The translations under genes and the position numbers were made by a program. Positions 63,953-64,000 of a stretch of 64,000 nucleotides of DNA are shown here, piece after piece (the stretch's first letter is position 1; every line of letters starts with the position of its first letter). Source of the stretch: an uncultured Phycisphaerales bacterium (GTDB taxonomy: Bacteria > Planctomycetota > Phycisphaerae > Tepidisphaerales > Tepidisphaeraceae). A model generated the notes under the pieces. The model saw only the letters and a program-made list of their open reading frames with translations. It had not been told where the DNA came from and searched no databases. The DNA is taken from positions 384,001-448,000 of the forward strand of contig CAVWLP010000003.1 of assembly GCA_963755915.1 (NCBI GenBank). Direction: 5' to 3'.

Positions 63953-64000
63953 ATGATCGTAACGTTGACTCAGGATGGATTATCGCCCGAGTCGGAATTG
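63953..64000 (+). CDS. Start of a CDS truncated by the window end
   Basis: GAGGA RBS, then ATG, open to the end. Confidence 0.4.
   Translation, partial: MIVTLTQDGLSPESEL

Larger units (their letters stand above)
62657..64000. mobile_element. Left end of a putative integrative element/prophage inserted at tRNA-Lys
   Basis: tRNA 3' fragment, repeated CAAAACCGTA sites, DUF1580-like gene, AT-richer DNA; no integrase in the window. Confidence 0.75.

Overview
A GC-rich bacterial chromosomal segment, most likely from a planctomycete (Phycisphaerae/Tepidisphaerales-like). This is inferred from the ECF sigma + Ser/Thr kinase pair, a LEPR-XLL-type leader, DUF1580, CxxCGYDL zinc-ribbon membrane proteins and PEP-CTERM/dockerin-like proteins. 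Housekeeping genes (eda, mlaEFD, thrS-infC-rpmI-rplT, glpK, hldE, lipB, tig, hisS, hemQ-like) are interleaved with CAZymes (GH10, GH27, GH57, GH127), three TPR-enzyme fusions and large secreted/PEP-CTERM proteins. Two complete IS4-family elements have readable terminal inverted repeats and 9-bp target duplications. The right end enters an element integrated at tRNA-Lys (3' tRNA fragment, candidate arm-type sites, DUF1580). About 13 genes carry frameshifts, most likely long-read indel errors. No CRISPR array, rRNA or intact tRNA was seen. The most unusual signals are non-coding: (i) layered palindromic repeat families, including a 24-bp GAGCTC-centred unit nested inside other repeats and repeats read in-frame in proteins; (ii) a ~270-bp near-identical direct repeat bracketing a PEP-CTERM gene with an internal amber stop; (iii) a diverged ~250-280-bp repeat family around glpK; (iv) a ~165-nt rod-like RNA upstream of infC; (v) many apparently leaderless genes. 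I cannot claim a proven new system; these are candidates.
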